This document shows, one piece after another, positions 12,455 to 27,065 of a stretch of 64,000 nt of DNA (its first letter is position 1; each line of letters starts with the position of its first letter). Position numbers and translations under genes: made by a program. Origin of the DNA: Eledone cirrhosa (Eukaryota); contig OZ024740.1 in the NCBI GenBank assembly GCA_964016885.1, positions 372,992,001 to 373,056,000 of the forward strand. Reading direction: 5' to 3'. Under the pieces are notes generated by a model. The model made no database searches and had not been told where the DNA came from. It saw nothing but the letters and a program-made list of their open reading frames with translations.

Positions 12455-12540
12455 AATGTTTTTAATTAAATATATAGTATAATGCCAAATATACTAAACA
12501 TTCCTATATACATCGCTATTTCAGAACACCAATATTAATA

Positions 12541-12599
<59 letters not shown>

Positions 12600-12835
12600 C
12601 ATATATATATGATTGTGTGAGCATCGAATTATAGTACATCTCGAATTTAAAGTTAACTCGAAGGAATTTCAAGTATTTCGCAATAGACTGTAATATAAAT
12701 TATATTTAGAATGTTCTCCAAGTTAACACATCCCTAAACGTTTGGTAAATGAGATTAAATACTAAATATTTTCAAGCTGTGTTAATGCTACAGAATCTCA
12801 TAATTTTTAAGCAGAAAGCATAAATTTATATTGTA

Positions 12836-12888
<53 letters not shown>

Positions 12889-14165
12889 TACATACATATA
12901 GATAGATACATACATATAGATAGATACATACATATAGATAGATACATACATATAGATATAGATACATACATATAGATATACATACATACATATAGATATA
13001 CATACATACATATAGATATACATACATACATATAGACATATGTATGTGTATGTATATATATATATATATATGTGCGTGTAAATATATATATGTATGTGTG
13101 TTTGTGTATGTGTAAGCTTGTGCTTGTGTTATCCTGAAGATTGTGCAATATTCAAGTAAAAGTGAAACTTTAGTAAAATGTTTTTCTCTTGCTGTTTATT
13201 AAACTTCGATTTTTTAAAACATTATCTTCATACAATTTCCCTGATGCTATAAATTCTCAATGTTATTTTTTTGTAAATATTATACATATTTTTGTAAATA
13301 TTACATATATGTTTGCAAATATTATATAAACATGTGCGTAAAGACATATGTTAAACACATAGCTGTAATTCACACCTTTAAATGAAAAGTACTTTGTACA
13401 ATCAAATGAATGCGAAGCTCTCAACTCTTTCATTGTACAATTGATATTAAATTTCATTGCATATTTTTCGCGAATATCAAATCCAAATGTGTTCAGGGAG
13501 CAATTCAATATGCCTCCATATTTACATTTAGTTTTTCAAGTAAAATTAAGCCATTTCAAATTTTAATGTATACCTAATTCTTTTTTTTTGTTTTCAACGT
13601 ATATATTGACGCATTGACATGTTGTCCTAATACAGTTGTGTAGGAGGAATGTCATCATCCCCTATGAATTCGAAATGATGTAATCATATTTTCATCTATC
13701 TTCATTGAAATTGGATGTAATACGAAAAAATAATACCATGACATCTAGGGGATTTGTCCATCCTACCAAATCTGTCCACGCCACCTTTATAAATATTCTA
13801 AATGTAAACCAAGTCTCAAATAAGCTGTCTGTATTGCCCTGTGCTTACAATAAATGGAAATATTAGTGAATATGGTGGGATTGTATATCCAATGTCCTAT
13901 GAAAATGAGACTTTATTACAAAATTAATATACAAATATATATTAATACCCCTGTCGATTATATGCAAATATTGGCATATGACCTTGATTATATATCTGAA
14001 TTGATATACTTTCAAGAGAGGTTGCCTATCAGCAATTTAAGTACGTTACGAGAAACAATAATCTATGAATCGTTTCGAGTTTGATGAGTTTCAATAAAAT
14101 ACATGTAAATCAACATGTTAGATAAAACAACCTTACCCTTTCTTAATGTATTTATTATTGATCTG

Positions 14166-14244
<79 letters not shown>

Positions 14245-14249
<5 letters not shown>

Positions 14250-14443
14250 AACCAGTAAGACCCCGACAGCTGAGCTCAAGCCGTTTCGACGGATAATTCT
14301 GGACTGAGTCCAGAATTAGCCGTCGAAACGGCTTGAGCTCAGCTGTCGGGGTCTTACTGGTTCCTATTACCCACTCTACTACCTCAAGTATTGAGTACTT
14401 TGGTGCGTTATGGTCCACCTGGTTCCTTACCACATTTCCTTCG

Positions 14444-14446
<3 letters not shown>
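14245..14446 (+). mobile_element. Small fold-back element in (TA)n with a 123-bp near-perfect hairpin (14245-14367)
   Basis: Arms meet at ggact-g-agtcc (14301-14311); unique tail ...ggttccttaccacatttccttcgtta; both flanks are (TA)n. Confidence 0.8.
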
Positions 14447-14481
<35 letters not shown>

Positions 14482-14484
<3 letters not shown>

Positions 14485-14617
14485 AAAACAACTATGTAAC
14501 AACATTTAAGGATAGCGATCTTGTAGGTTATATTAGAGATAGAATGGGAGATGCAATATATATATACATTGTATCTCACATCGCTATTCTTAAATATTGT
14601 TACATAGTTGTTTTCTT
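14482..14617. repeat. Inverted repeat (38-bp arms) with an inner TA-centred hairpin
   Basis: aagaaaacaactatgtaacaacatttaaggatagcgat / atcgctattcttaaatattgttacatagttgttttctt; inner gagatgcaat(at)n..attgtatctc. Confidence 0.8.
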
Positions 14618-15871
14618 TTTATTTCCTAGCAGAGAAAGGTACTAAGAAGCCAATGGCATTGAATAAGTCTGTTTGAAGTCTTCCACAATTTTCTTTGGTA
14701 AATAAGTATCAGGATGTAAGATTATAATATCTCTTGGTTTAGAATTACTTTATATTTTCAAATATGGTAAAACTTTGCTTAGCATCATAATAGAGCCTGC
14801 GGATTTTATATAGATAAGATCATCTTAAGACATTCCTTCTTTTTTTCGTTTTATCGCACACGCCGTTTTTAGTGGCTATCGGTAGGCTCATCATGTTTAT
14901 TATATACTAGCTGAGCTACCCGGTGATACCCGTGTATTTTATGAAAGTTACAATATATTTGGCACATATTACAAAATATATATTTGACCATTCAAATATG
15001 ATTGCTGAATTTTAACCAAAGTAGGAATTATAGCAGAATATCTATTGCTGTTTGGTGAATGTAAATCATCTAGATAAAAATATTAGTTTTTTTTCAGTGG
15101 TGATTTTTTGAATACTGCTCCCTATTACAGTCAGCATATATAATACTTTACTCATAGATGAATCATTAGGATTGTTTTCAGTGAAAAGGGCATGCCCCAA
15201 AACATACCTTTAGATTTTTTTTATTTATCCTTTTCTTTCTTTTTTTTGTTTTGCTCAATCTGACCCTCTGAAATTCAAACATGTAAAGACTATTTTAAAA
15301 ACCATGAATAAAATAAGAAAATAAATTTAGCATTGGTTTATGATTGAATGAAGCATTTACTTACTCATTTCTGTAATTCGGGGAAAGTGTATTTACATGT
15401 GTAGACTGTAGCTTTCACCAATCTTTGCCTCTATGGCAGTAGGATCCTGTTTGAGGGAGATGTGTTTTCTATTTCTATTAGCTATACCAACAGTTATAGT
15501 GGCTCACATGACATACATAGATACATACACACACATGTATGTGCGTAAGACTGTTGTTTGTGATTTGAAATGGATTTTGCTAATATTTCTAGTAGATCGA
15601 GCTATCACATAGAACCATTCCTTTTTGCTTCATACATGTATACATACCTGAGAAAGTAAGGTGGGATTTGAAGGAAATGTGGCTGCTATTTCTACCTAAC
15701 AAAGTCCTCACTTATGCTACTTTATATAGCAGAGGTACCCGGGAATGTCTGCATATTCTTCCAAAGTAACACCATGCAGTAAATTTGCGGCTTCAGAATT
15801 CCTTGCAAACTACATGTCGAAGGAATTAGGCTCTGTGTGTATTGTCATTGAATGAGGAAATACGACATTGC

Positions 15872-18800
15872 TCATTCCAAATCCTCTGGATAAACAAGAT
15901 TCTTGGCTTTTCTCTGTAGTGCCACAATGAAGAGACAATCAGGGTTCCCAACCCTTGTTGTGCCAACATAGAGTTGACCATGTGAACAGACAGGATCTGC
16001 CAGATTCAACCCAACGACTTTCAATGATTGCCCTTGAGATTTATTAATGGTCATGGCAAAACTGAGCCTGATCGGAAATTGAAGTCTTTGAAATTCAAAT
16101 GGCAAATCAGTTGACTTCAGAGGTATTCTGGGAATGAAACAATTGTCACCAGCACATTTTCCTGACATGATTGAAACTCTTAGACCATTGGACATCATAT
16201 TTTTGATGATGAGTCTTGTGCCATTAGAAAGTTTTGGAGGATCCAGATTGCGAGATAGCATAACCGATGCTCCAAGCCTCAGTATCAGGTTGTGTGGAGG
16301 AATTCCCACTTGTTCATGACTGTTCAAAAATTCAGTTGGATAGTTTATAACCTGGTCTTGAGAATTGATTGTGTCAACATGATTTGTAGCCTATTTTCTC
16401 TCCCGTTAACATTTCCAGCAGCCTTATATTGATTTCTTTCACAGCAACATTTTTAGGTGCTAAGATTGCTCGTTCACAGAGCCATTTCGGATCACATTGG
16501 CTGGTCTGAATGTTTGGAAACACTCTGGCAATCAGTTCTTGTTGTCAGACAATATGGCCAAATGACAACTGGATATGGTCATTGGACTCCTTTTCAAGAA
16601 GTCCATTTCCCAATTTAAGTAGTTGGATGGAAAACTCACTGATACCTTCGTCACCAGTTAAGTGCAGTCGCATGTTGGTTGTAAGGCTCAGCAGCTGAAA
16701 GTGGGGCCAGAGATAGGATTTTTTCAGACACACATTGACCTGATCAGCTCGAGTCCCTCGAAGAATTACGGGCAGAGTTTGTCTGAAATCACCAGCAAGA
16801 ACCATTGTCACTCTTCCCATTATGCCACTATTTTCTCCCAGATCCCTTATCGTCCGGCCCAAAGCTTCAATTGCTCCTTTATGGCTCATAGTAGCTTCAT
16901 CCCCAATTATCACCTTGCATGTTTGCAGAAGCTTGCCCTTGAATGTTTTCGATGATGTTGTGGTAGGCGTATTTCTGCTCATCAATCAATCGATTTTCAT
17001 CCACAAACTTACGCAATGCTTGAATATCGTAGTTTATCTCATGAAAAATGTCTTGTGCTACCTCCATTTCTTCATCTGGCTCTGGCATCCCGCAGTTAGC
17101 TAATGTGCTATTCATTGCCAGAACTCGATGGGAAAGGTCACAGATAGCTTGATTGTAAATCCTGGGGTTATATTCCACATACATATTGTCATGATGTCTT
17201 CGGGCTAGTTGTAGATAGTTGTCCGACATATTATTTTTGTACTCCTGGCAGAGTAGATGAGCTTCATCAATTCCACATTCTGTGAGCATAATAGCAAACA
17301 ATTGTCTTATTTGACTGGCTACTTGAGTGATTGCGGCTTCTTCTAGGTACTTCTTCCAGTGTCCATTGTCATGTAGGAGTCCATGCTGTTTACATATTTC
17401 TTGGTATGTTGCGCACCCCTTCCTCTGAAGCACTTAAGATCCTCAAATGACGTTGGTCCTCGAGGAATATGCAGAAGTAGCGGTAAATAAAAACATTCTC
17501 TGTTGTTAGGATGGACATTGTAAACACGCCCAATAGCATCACTTGACTTGACTTCATGACCTTCCACTAAATGACCCTGCTTTCTTCAATTCCAGGTCTT
17601 GCAATTGGTCCAGGTGTAGTATATTGGGACTTCAGCATATAGGAGGGATCGAGCAAATTCATCATTCTGGCAGAGTTTAAAGAAAGCAGTTAGTGTAGTG
17701 TCATGTAATGCTTGTGCCAACTGATGAGCAGTGATCTCAGTGAAGTACACTCTCTGTCTATTTTCCAGATGGTCTGCGAGGTTGACCACTCTTGGGTGGC
17801 GTTGGTGGATATCAAATCCAAAGATTCGCCAGATAGCTTCATTGCTGGAGATGTATCGACCTGTTTTATACCGTTTGATCTCATCCAGCCCACCATCGTT
17901 GAGTTCTTTGTCAGTAATAAAGGTAGCCATGTCACTGCCCTTGTTGATATATTTTGTGACATATAGGATTGCCTTGACGGAGCTGCAACACACAACATTG
18001 ATATGAGCTTTTAAAAGTTTACACAACAATTTGTTGTGTGGGACGACCCACTGATTGTTTATGGTCAGCTCCTCTCCTCGAACTGTTAGGCTTACAGTAT
18101 TGCCTCCATGTTCTGGTCTATGCCTACGATAAAGGGGATATCCATTATTGTCAGTCCTAGTTTCCCGAATAAAAATTACTGGATAATGTTTGCTGCATTT
18201 TTGATCTTTCATGCAGCGAGTGGCTGGATGGTTGACTCCCCAGGGACCATGAATGAGTTTGGACTTGATGGTTTCAAAGAGCTCTGGATCACCACCTTTA
18301 TCAGGCAACTCTGCTGAAATGATCTTATCAACATTATCTGGTCTTATCTTCTCCTTGCACTAGATTAGTGTGTGAGATTGAGGAAGACATCTCGTCTGCC
18401 AGTCAAATGTGGTCATCCAAGCACTAAGCTCACCAAAGATTCTTCCTTCTTTTAGGAGCCAGATGCTTTTCATGGGAAACCCGAGCAATGGGGTCTTGTC
18501 GATCCTTTGGTTTTTGATTTTTAAATAATTCATTTGATATTTCTGACCAGTTTTAATTGCATGTAAATGTAAGGAAGAGATCTGACTGACCAAATTTTCT
18601 GACATAGGCCGTTGCATCTTGCGTATGTTCATGCATGTAAAGGGGTCCTCCCGTGAAGCTTGATGGTAGTATGACTGCCTGGCCAATAATACTTGGGTCA
18701 ACGCCAGAATTGATGGCATCTCTAAGGTTGATGTAGTTACCTGCCCTCAACTTAGTTTGATTCCTTCGTAGAAAACCCAATATTTCTGTTTCAAGTTTGG

Positions 18801-19882
18801 CACACATGTCCACCATGAAGTGGCTGGTTACTTCTTTGAATCGCAGAACTTGGTTGAAGTAATCACATACCATGAAATGATAAGCATATAATTCTTTGCA
18901 GATGATTGATCGGCCAGTTTCTTGTCCTGTTCCTGGGCTGATCTACCGTAGCTGAGAATGATATCCATCTTGACCATTTCAAAAGATGAGCGGATATTGG
19001 AGTGAATCATAGGCTCTATGTGTTTCACAAATTCGCTCAAAATGTCCACTTCGTTTTTGCAAAACAATGTCACGTCGTTCATGCTGATCATCAATCATTA
19101 TGATGTTGGCGAAGCATTTGTTGTAACTTTATGACTATGTAGAACCGCAATCCACCATGGACATTGGTACATCTTTGTTGTGCTTGTGTTTCATTTCCAC
19201 CCATGAAGTAAACCTGCACACATGTGTGAGGCTCCTGTGAAAGTGGCAGAAGGCCACCCATTAAGTGGTAACACTGTTCCTGAATGTTATAAGTTGTACA
19301 AAATCTAAAGTCAGTCACATTCCTGTCAGCCCCAAAAGATGTCATTTGAAAGCAGAATTATATTTTATGATCTATTTCTTGAAGTGTCGTGCTTCTGCTT
19401 TATGCTGAAGGAGCAGATTCTTCAGAAATTCAGGAGGTTCTTGTATTGTTTTAAGGCTCACTTTGTCTTTTGAGCAGCATAGACCTGGTGTTTCTGCTGC
19501 CCACTTCTTTGCACCACGATACTGGCAGCATTTGTTCATTTTCCCAATGTTGATTTGTGGATTACTGCTGTAGTCCTTTTGGGGTCATAAGAAAAAGCAC
19601 CCATCAACCAGTTTATTTTACTTGTGGCTTGTTCTCCTGCTCGGGCAGTAGAATGATGTGCTTTATTAGCATTTCGTCTGATTTGCTGCTGTTCCTTAAT
19701 TTGATGTTCTCGTGTAGCAGCCGTCCTTTGTTCCCTTTCATCCAAACGGTGTGCTCCTGCTAAAGCTATTTTCGCTCTGTTAACAGCTAGACGGGCATGC
19801 TGAACTTCACTTTCTTCAGATCGCTGTGTTTTCTTTCTGAAGATGACCTTCCATATAATGATCTGGAACGTTTCCTAGGCAT
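15872..19882 (-). pseudogene. Helitron Rep-helicase (HUH Y2 replicase + PIF1-type SF1B helicase), frameshifted
   Basis: Start MPRKRSRSLYGRSS; DLFLTFTCN (Rep motif 1); WQTRCLPQSHTLI (degenerate HUH); YVTKYINKG (YxxKY); DEATM, GDFRQTLPV, FAMTINKSQGQS, SHGQLYV; split over more than 8 ORFs; Walker A region missing. Confidence 0.92.
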
Positions 19883-20226
19883 TTGAAGTGATATTATTAC
19901 ACACCACTCGATATACTGAAGTACCAGTAATACACTGGAATAATTGCTGGCCTTTTGACAAAAGTAGAAGCAATTATACACACCACACTATTTCCTAAAT
20001 AGAAACAACTATAGAATATATTGTTCACTCAGTAAACTTGTTTTCAATGATCTCTTTATATGAATGTATATTAGGTGTAATTAATTTTAGACATATGTAG
20101 AAAATATAGGGATTTCAGATTGTATTCTGAAATTATCATATTTTATCCAACTTCACCCCCCAAAAATACGAACACTACAATAAAAAAAAATGTTCTGTGT
20201 TAATTCAAATAACAGCGGAAAATAAT

Positions 20227-20412
20227 TGTTTCTACTTTTGGCACAAGACCAGCAATCCACCAGTGCATTACTGGTACTTTATTTTATCGACCCCGTAAGG
20301 ATGAAAGGCAAAGTAAACCTCGGCGGGATTTGAACTGAGAATGGCAAGGATCGTAACTCTATACATCAAAGCATGGCGTCCGACCCTCTACCGATACTGC
20401 CAATCCACCGCC
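20227..20412 (-). mobile_element. Full-length SINE inserted in the Helitron with target-site duplication
   Basis: aataacagcggaaaataat at 20208-20226 and 20413-20431; A and B boxes on the minus strand. Confidence 0.9.
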
Positions 20413-20689
20413 AATAACAGCGGAAAATAATATATTCAAATAATATCTTTTAAAGATACCGTTTTTTTCTTTTGTCTTTTAAATACATAAACATATACAA
20501 CTTCTATAAAAGCATCTGTGATTTCCTTAGACATATGTAGAAAATAAGCTTTGATGGTAACATATATCGTCTGCTAAGGAACGCCCCACCCACATACCAC
20601 ACACATATGTGTGTGTAAATGTATATATAAACGCAGACACACGTTAGGTAAATAATCCCTCCAATCACCCTCCCTCTCTCCTGCCTCTT

Positions 20690-20846
20690 TACTTTTTTCT
20701 CTCTCTCATCCTCTACAGAATAGCGAACAAAAAATAAATAAAAAGATAAATAACATTGGGAGAGTTAAGATGTGTGTAACAATAATAATTAAATAAAAGT
20801 TAATGAACGCTGGCTGCTTTCTCTCTCTCTCTCTCCCATCCCATTA

Positions 20847-20879
<33 letters not shown>

Positions 20880-21290
20880 ACCCCCTCTCTCTACAGAATA
20901 GAGAACAGAAATAAAGAAAAGATAAATAACGTTAAGGAAACGAGAGAGTTAAAAAGTGTGTAAAAATAATAAATAAATAAAAGTTAGCAACGTTGGCTGC
21001 TTTCCCACTCTCTCTTTCATCGTCTTTCTCTCTATCCCCTTACTCTCTCTCTTTCTCTCTCACATCCCCTTACTCTCTCTCTCTCCCACCTTCCACTCTC
21101 TCTTTTTCTCTCTCATCCCTTACTCTCTTTCTTTATCTCTCTCTCACATCCCCTTACTCTCACTCCCATCCACTCACTCTCTCTCTTTCTTTCTCATCCC
21201 CTTACTCTCTCTCCCATCTCCCACTCTCTCTCTTTCTCTCTCATCCCTTACTCTCTCTGTTTCCTATCCCACACTCTCTTATCTACAGAC
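20690..21290. repeat. Duplicated unit of about 185 bp plus CT-rich minisatellite in the Helitron 5' region
   Basis: ctctacagaatag..aaagataaataac..gagagttaa..tggctgcttt at about 20710 and 20890; catccccttactctctc repeats at 21030-21260. Confidence 0.7.
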
Positions 21291-22899
21291 ATAAACAAAA
21301 AGGATGAGCTCTTTTGATATTCATTAGAAAATAAGATAAATTGAATTTGCTTTGCAAAGTAAAACTTTTTCGACAATTACCTGTCCGAGTGTATAATGAA
21401 TATGTACATGTAATTTTTAGGAGTTTGGTCCGGAAGTTTTAGGCGGACACACAGAATCGTAAACTTGCATTTATATAAGTATAGATAGATTAAGATCAAA
21501 ACTTTTTTCTCACTGTGTACTTTTTTTATACTGAGGAAATATAGTATAACGCTGAAAAGCACAAATTGGGAAAGGGATAAAATAAAACAAAGGCACTAAT
21601 CTCTAATAATTTATAATTGAAATTATTTCACTTTTACATTGGTTTTGAACTACTGAATTTATTTTCATTATTTGTGTTTTGCTTCTACAAAATAATCTAT
21701 GTTTTAAATATTGTATTTCATACATTAATCCGCATTTGCCTAACATTTCGATTCTTTATTCTGATATATTTTGATGCTTTATTTCAATTGTGTCGATAAG
21801 TAACTTTACTTCGAATATTTACTATATCAGATAAATCATTTTAGCTGTGAAAGTTGAAATGGTAGGCTATTATTTGCCAGCTTATTGATTCAATAATCTT
21901 CATTTTGGCAATAGGAAATAGTTTTTATTTTATTTTATTTCACGTTCCTCTTTCAATCTTTCTAGGTTGTTTTCTGTAATAACAACGTTTAATGTTTAAC
22001 TGCAGAATATTTTGACATCACTTGATATAGAAAGAGTAAGAATCATTATCTTCTATACAGATCTCTAGTAGTTTTCAACTAGATGTTCTACATGTGTATC
22101 CTTTATAATGATCGAGCTGTTCAAATTTAAGCTAGGATAGACAGATTTGGGATCTGTGACAAATAATCTATTCAGCAATTGCTGAAGATAATTGTTCCAG
22201 TTTACCCGCTATGCCTGTAATTTGTTTCAGCTGGTGTAGTTTGTGTTAAGAGTTTTAAATGCCGTAAGCCCAAATGTACTGTTTTGATGGATGGATGGAA
22301 TATATACGTATTTTAAGAGTAGTGTTGTTGGACTAGAATGAGAACATTTATAATAAGACATCATGTGATATACACAACGTATAATCTAATAGCAAGCTAC
22401 TAACCTGTTAGTAGACAATACAATGTAGGCCATTCCATAACTGTAAATACCTGCAGTACTTACATAAACCATTGGCATACAATTTTAAATCTTCCCCCAT
22501 TTGACTATTATATAATGTATTTTACAAAAATGATTACTACAATAATATCTTACTCCCTTAATACGGTATTTTTTCTTGTATTAGATTTCGAGCTGTTTCT
22601 ATATTTTCAATTCAATGTAGTCGGGAGTACCACTCATTTAAATCCAATTAGAATTAATATCATCTTAACATCGAGAATATGGTGTTACATTAATAAGTAC
22701 AAGTACTTAAATGTTATAGAGAGTTCGAGTTTCTCAATAATACATTACGATATGAATAATCGTACGATAATGTTTCGCCGGAGATAGAGAAGCACATTTT
22801 AATAAGCACCAGCTTCAGCACTCAGTAATCAGAAGAAGGGAGGTAAATGTAAAAGCCAAACTTGCCATCTTCAATTCGGTATTCATGCAAACTCTTACG

Positions 22900-23343
22900 A
22901 ATCTTGTTTAATGATCGAAAGAATACGATCGTGAATGAAAAAGACCCAAACGAGGTTTCTCCGGTGTTCTTTGGATTAACGTTACTCTATAGAGTGCGTG
23001 CCTTGGAGATCAGAGAATCATTCCAGATAGAGACACTACTTCTCAGAATTGAGGGATTACAGCTCTGATACTATGAGCATGTGTTTAGAATGTCTCAAGA
23101 AAGAATCGCTGGACATATTTTACAGGCAAAGCCAACCGGCAGGAGACCTAGAAGTAGACTCCGATCATGATGATTGGCTAACATCCATGAGCTTAGCTGG
23201 TCTCGCTCAGGGATCCAACCGTATCAGTTGGAGACGGTTGCTTCTAACAGGACTTGCTGGAAGGAGAGTTTGAGGACTCTGCCCCCACGAATCTCTCAGG
23301 AAGAAGAAGAAGAAGAAGACGAAGAAGACGAAGACGAAGAAGA
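22900..23343 (+). mobile_element. Decayed RTE-type LINE 3' fragment with (GAA/GAC)n tail
   Basis: LYRVRALEIRESFQIETLLLRIEGLQL*YYEHVFRMSQERIAGHILQAKPTGRRPRSR; same family as 520-883. Confidence 0.75.
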
Positions 23344-26039
23344 TCTATATACATTAGGTATTTCTTTAACTATGCAATAAATTGTCTCGAAATACAAAAC
23401 GATAGTTATACATTTTCCTTTTAGATCGTATCCAGTTATTCGTTATCTTATTTAAAGAAATAAACATGTAAAAACCAATAGCATGTACGAAGGCCGCATT
23501 AAAAAAAGTAATTTCAAATCACACGGCGCAGAAACTATGAGCAGAAAGGAAAATCCCATGGAGAAATGTTTTCAACAGTTCTTGCAAATGTGGAATACAT
23601 GACATATGCGATTAATACCTTTTATATTGCTTTCGACTTCCTATACATGCAGAGTGAGATGTAAAATTAAAGAGTGTCTGAATGAGGGTAGTGAGCAGTA
23701 CGAGGAAAGATAACACATGCAACTTAATGTTATTTCATGTTGTCTCAGGTGAGACTTAATCAGTTTACCACATGAAATGTTTTTGCATGATCATGTATAT
23801 TGCTTATAAAGGCATCAGATATTAATCAATAAAGAATGTGAGGATTAGATTGAACAGGAGTGTAGAAATATATACAAAATCAGTAATAAAGGATTCTAAG
23901 AAAATGTATTATATATAATGTTTATTCTATAAAGGCGGTATAATGTTTAGGGAAACGTTTTCAGAAATAGATATATAGATGGGTAAATAACAGTTTGTAT
24001 GAAACTAGAAGGAGGCCATTAGAAAGTATGCGCAAGTGTGTATGTGTTTTCAAGACACATAAAGACAAACAGAAATAATCAGAAAGCAACGAATTTAGAG
24101 GAACTGAATAATATTCAATGCGTAAAAGTAATATGCAATAACATTTAAAATGTTACAAACCAGGATTTGAATAGCAACTTAGATTAATGAGATAAAGTGA
24201 AATAACTATGATTCAGTTGGCGAATAAAGCAAGGCATTCATGCGCTACTCTACACCTGTATTCATATGACGTGGAATTAAATAATGTTTTGTAAATGATA
24301 TATGTCATTCACACGTTAATTTTCCAACTGAGAATGTCAACCAAGGAATGTCAACATTCATACTTTGGTGGTCGGGGTGGGGGACATATATTGCTTCACA
24401 ATTTACTAAGCATGTTAATGTTATTCTTTCTGCAGCTGTTTTCACCCCATCTACTTATCGTATCCTCCCTCGTTTTGCACTAATTGTTGAATATTATGAA
24501 AATAACTTGCCTTTTTAATATTACGTATACAAGTCGTAGTCGAAAGATGTTCATGTTGTTTCTAAACAATAAGCGCAACTAACCCTGTTAATTAAAATGA
24601 CACTAGTCTAACTTTGGAAGCTCAGGAACCAACAACTGACCTCCCCAAACTGTTCAATATCTCATTTCTCTTCTCTTTGTATGAGTTGTAATGCGTTGCT
24701 GTGGTTTGATGTGACAATCATGCCGCTCCACTTGCGTTGATATTGATGTGTTCTACTGTTATTTCGTTCCACTGCATTTACTTATCCTTTTGTAGGTACT
24801 AATAGCTTCTTAATGATATCTGATTAATCGTTGCACTTTAATCTTTCTTACGCTATTAAAAAAGCTATCGTAATTTCGTGCTTACATGGTTGATAATGAT
24901 TAAAGGTAATATGGAATAACATTAGTGTAATTGATTTAAATGAATGTAAGTTGAAATACGATGATTGTTGGCGTTACTGGAAAAAGTTCGAGGATTCAGG
25001 CGGATACATACAATGTTTAATTAAGTGAATATTAAATTCATATTTTATTTTTACTATAAACCTCGTCATATTTGATGGTTACCATGCTAGAGTATAACGA
25101 ACTAGCAGTTGTATGCACAGGAACTAAGCAACATGCCATGTGGGACAACGGAACCAAATGGCATCTAACCATCGAGTGTATTCTGTTGTCGGTAAATTGT
25201 AATCTGACAAAAGTGGAGGACGGATAGGATTAATTGGATTTCCCACAGAGTTGTTCTGGCTAATCTTTCCTATCCAACACCTGTTCTGTATTAACCAATG
25301 AAGGCCACTTTAATATTCTTTTATAGTGTTATTGTTAATAACTGTCGTTTAAAACCTACCGTCTACGAAGCCATTTGTGAGATAAAGGTATTCAAAAATG
25401 TATGTATACACACACACACACACACACACAGGAACAGACATACATAAATATTTTTATGTAAATATCTATGTATATAAACATATATAAGTCGGTCCCGAGT
25501 TGAGTTGGGGGTAACCTCAGTAAATAGGGTACTCAATGCATGTGTAGATTGAAGGGAGGAGTTTATATAGAAGAGGCATCTGCAGGAATTGTACTCTTTC
25601 ATTCATAAGAAAGGTTAACACTGTGAGCGTATTCTACTATATGTTTCTTGCAATATTAGAACAACATGACCCTCCCAATATGAAAATTAAATGAGAAAAC
25701 ACTATATTTATAGGAGTACAAGCATGATAGTCAAAAAGTATTCTATCTATACATGCTTATATACAGATGTCATGATTAGAGAAAATTATTTTTGTCGATA
25801 TGTGTACTCCCACAAATAGCGTGTTAGTTAAGTGGGTAACTACAGTTACAATAGGTGTGTCGTTGGAATCACTCGATGCTGTTACAAAAACCCGACTCGT
25901 GTTGGATTATATAACAGAGTTAAATCGTCTGTATTGTGCAGACTTTATATAAAAGTAAGTAGATCGAAGTCATTGTTGTAGCATATATATATAAACTTTG
26001 AATGTGTATGTGCATATAAAAACTCGCATATCTGATGAT

Positions 26040-26306
26040 ATCCTGGCGCTTATGTTTGGAAACCCGACACTGAACTTTGCATTTGTTGACCAGAGAAGCA
26101 GTGTCTCTGTAAGCTAATCATTGCGGGTAACATGACCAGCAACAGCCAAGCTACGGCATCAAACTTTCTATGTAACTCATGCAAGGCCACCATATATATC
26201 CTCGTTGGTAGTGTTATATTGCCTCGAACTGATGAAAACGACGCGTAAGATCCTGGTGCTGTGAACTCGTTAAGCGAATGAGGTCTAGGACCTTCTCGAC
26301 CGACTG

Positions 26307-26307
<1 letters not shown>
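26040..26307 (-). mobile_element. Decayed non-LTR (RTE-like) C-terminal fragment
   Basis: Frameshifted TNEDIYGGL and RSLAVAGHVTR, matching the TNEELYG..RRLxxAGHxxR pattern. Confidence 0.45.
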
Positions 26308-26344
<37 letters not shown>

Positions 26345-26350
<6 letters not shown>

Positions 26351-26534
26351 GTTTCTACTTTAGGCACAAGGCCAGCAATTTACCCAGTGCATTACTGGTA
26401 CTTTATTTTATCGACCACGTAAGGATGAAAGGCAAAGTCAACCTCGGCGGGATTTGAACTCAGATCGTAAAGGGACGTAACTATGCTGGAAGGCATGGCG
26501 TGCGACCCTCTACCTATACTGCCAATCCACCGCC
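26345..26534 (-). mobile_element. Full-length tRNA-derived SINE within (TA)n
   Basis: Aligns end to end with 20227-20412. Confidence 0.88.
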
Positions 26535-26540
26535 TTATAT

Positions 26541-26587
<47 letters not shown>

Positions 26588-26603
26588 TATATATAATATA
26601 TAT

Positions 26604-26702
<99 letters not shown>

Positions 26703-26708
26703 ATATAT

Positions 26709-26742
<34 letters not shown>

Positions 26743-26755
26743 ATATATATATATA

Positions 26756-26802
<47 letters not shown>

Positions 26803-27005
26803 TATATAATATATATATAATATATATATATATAATATATATATATAATATATATATATATAATATATATATATAATATATATATATAATATATATATAT
26901 AATATATATATATAATATATATATATAATATATATATATAATATATATATATAATATATATATATAATATATATATATAATATATATATAATATATATAT
27001 ATATA

Positions 27006-27065
<60 letters not shown>

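Larger units (their letters stand above)
14907..21489 (-). mobile_element. Helitron, full extent with both termini, coding region decayed
   Basis: Minus strand begins A|TCTATCTATACTTATATAAA (21489; 21485 is an alternative start) and ends cacgggtatcaccgggtagctcagCTAG|T (14907): subterminal hairpin, CTAG end, A|T target, no TSD; Rep-Hel fragments inside. Confidence 0.85.
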
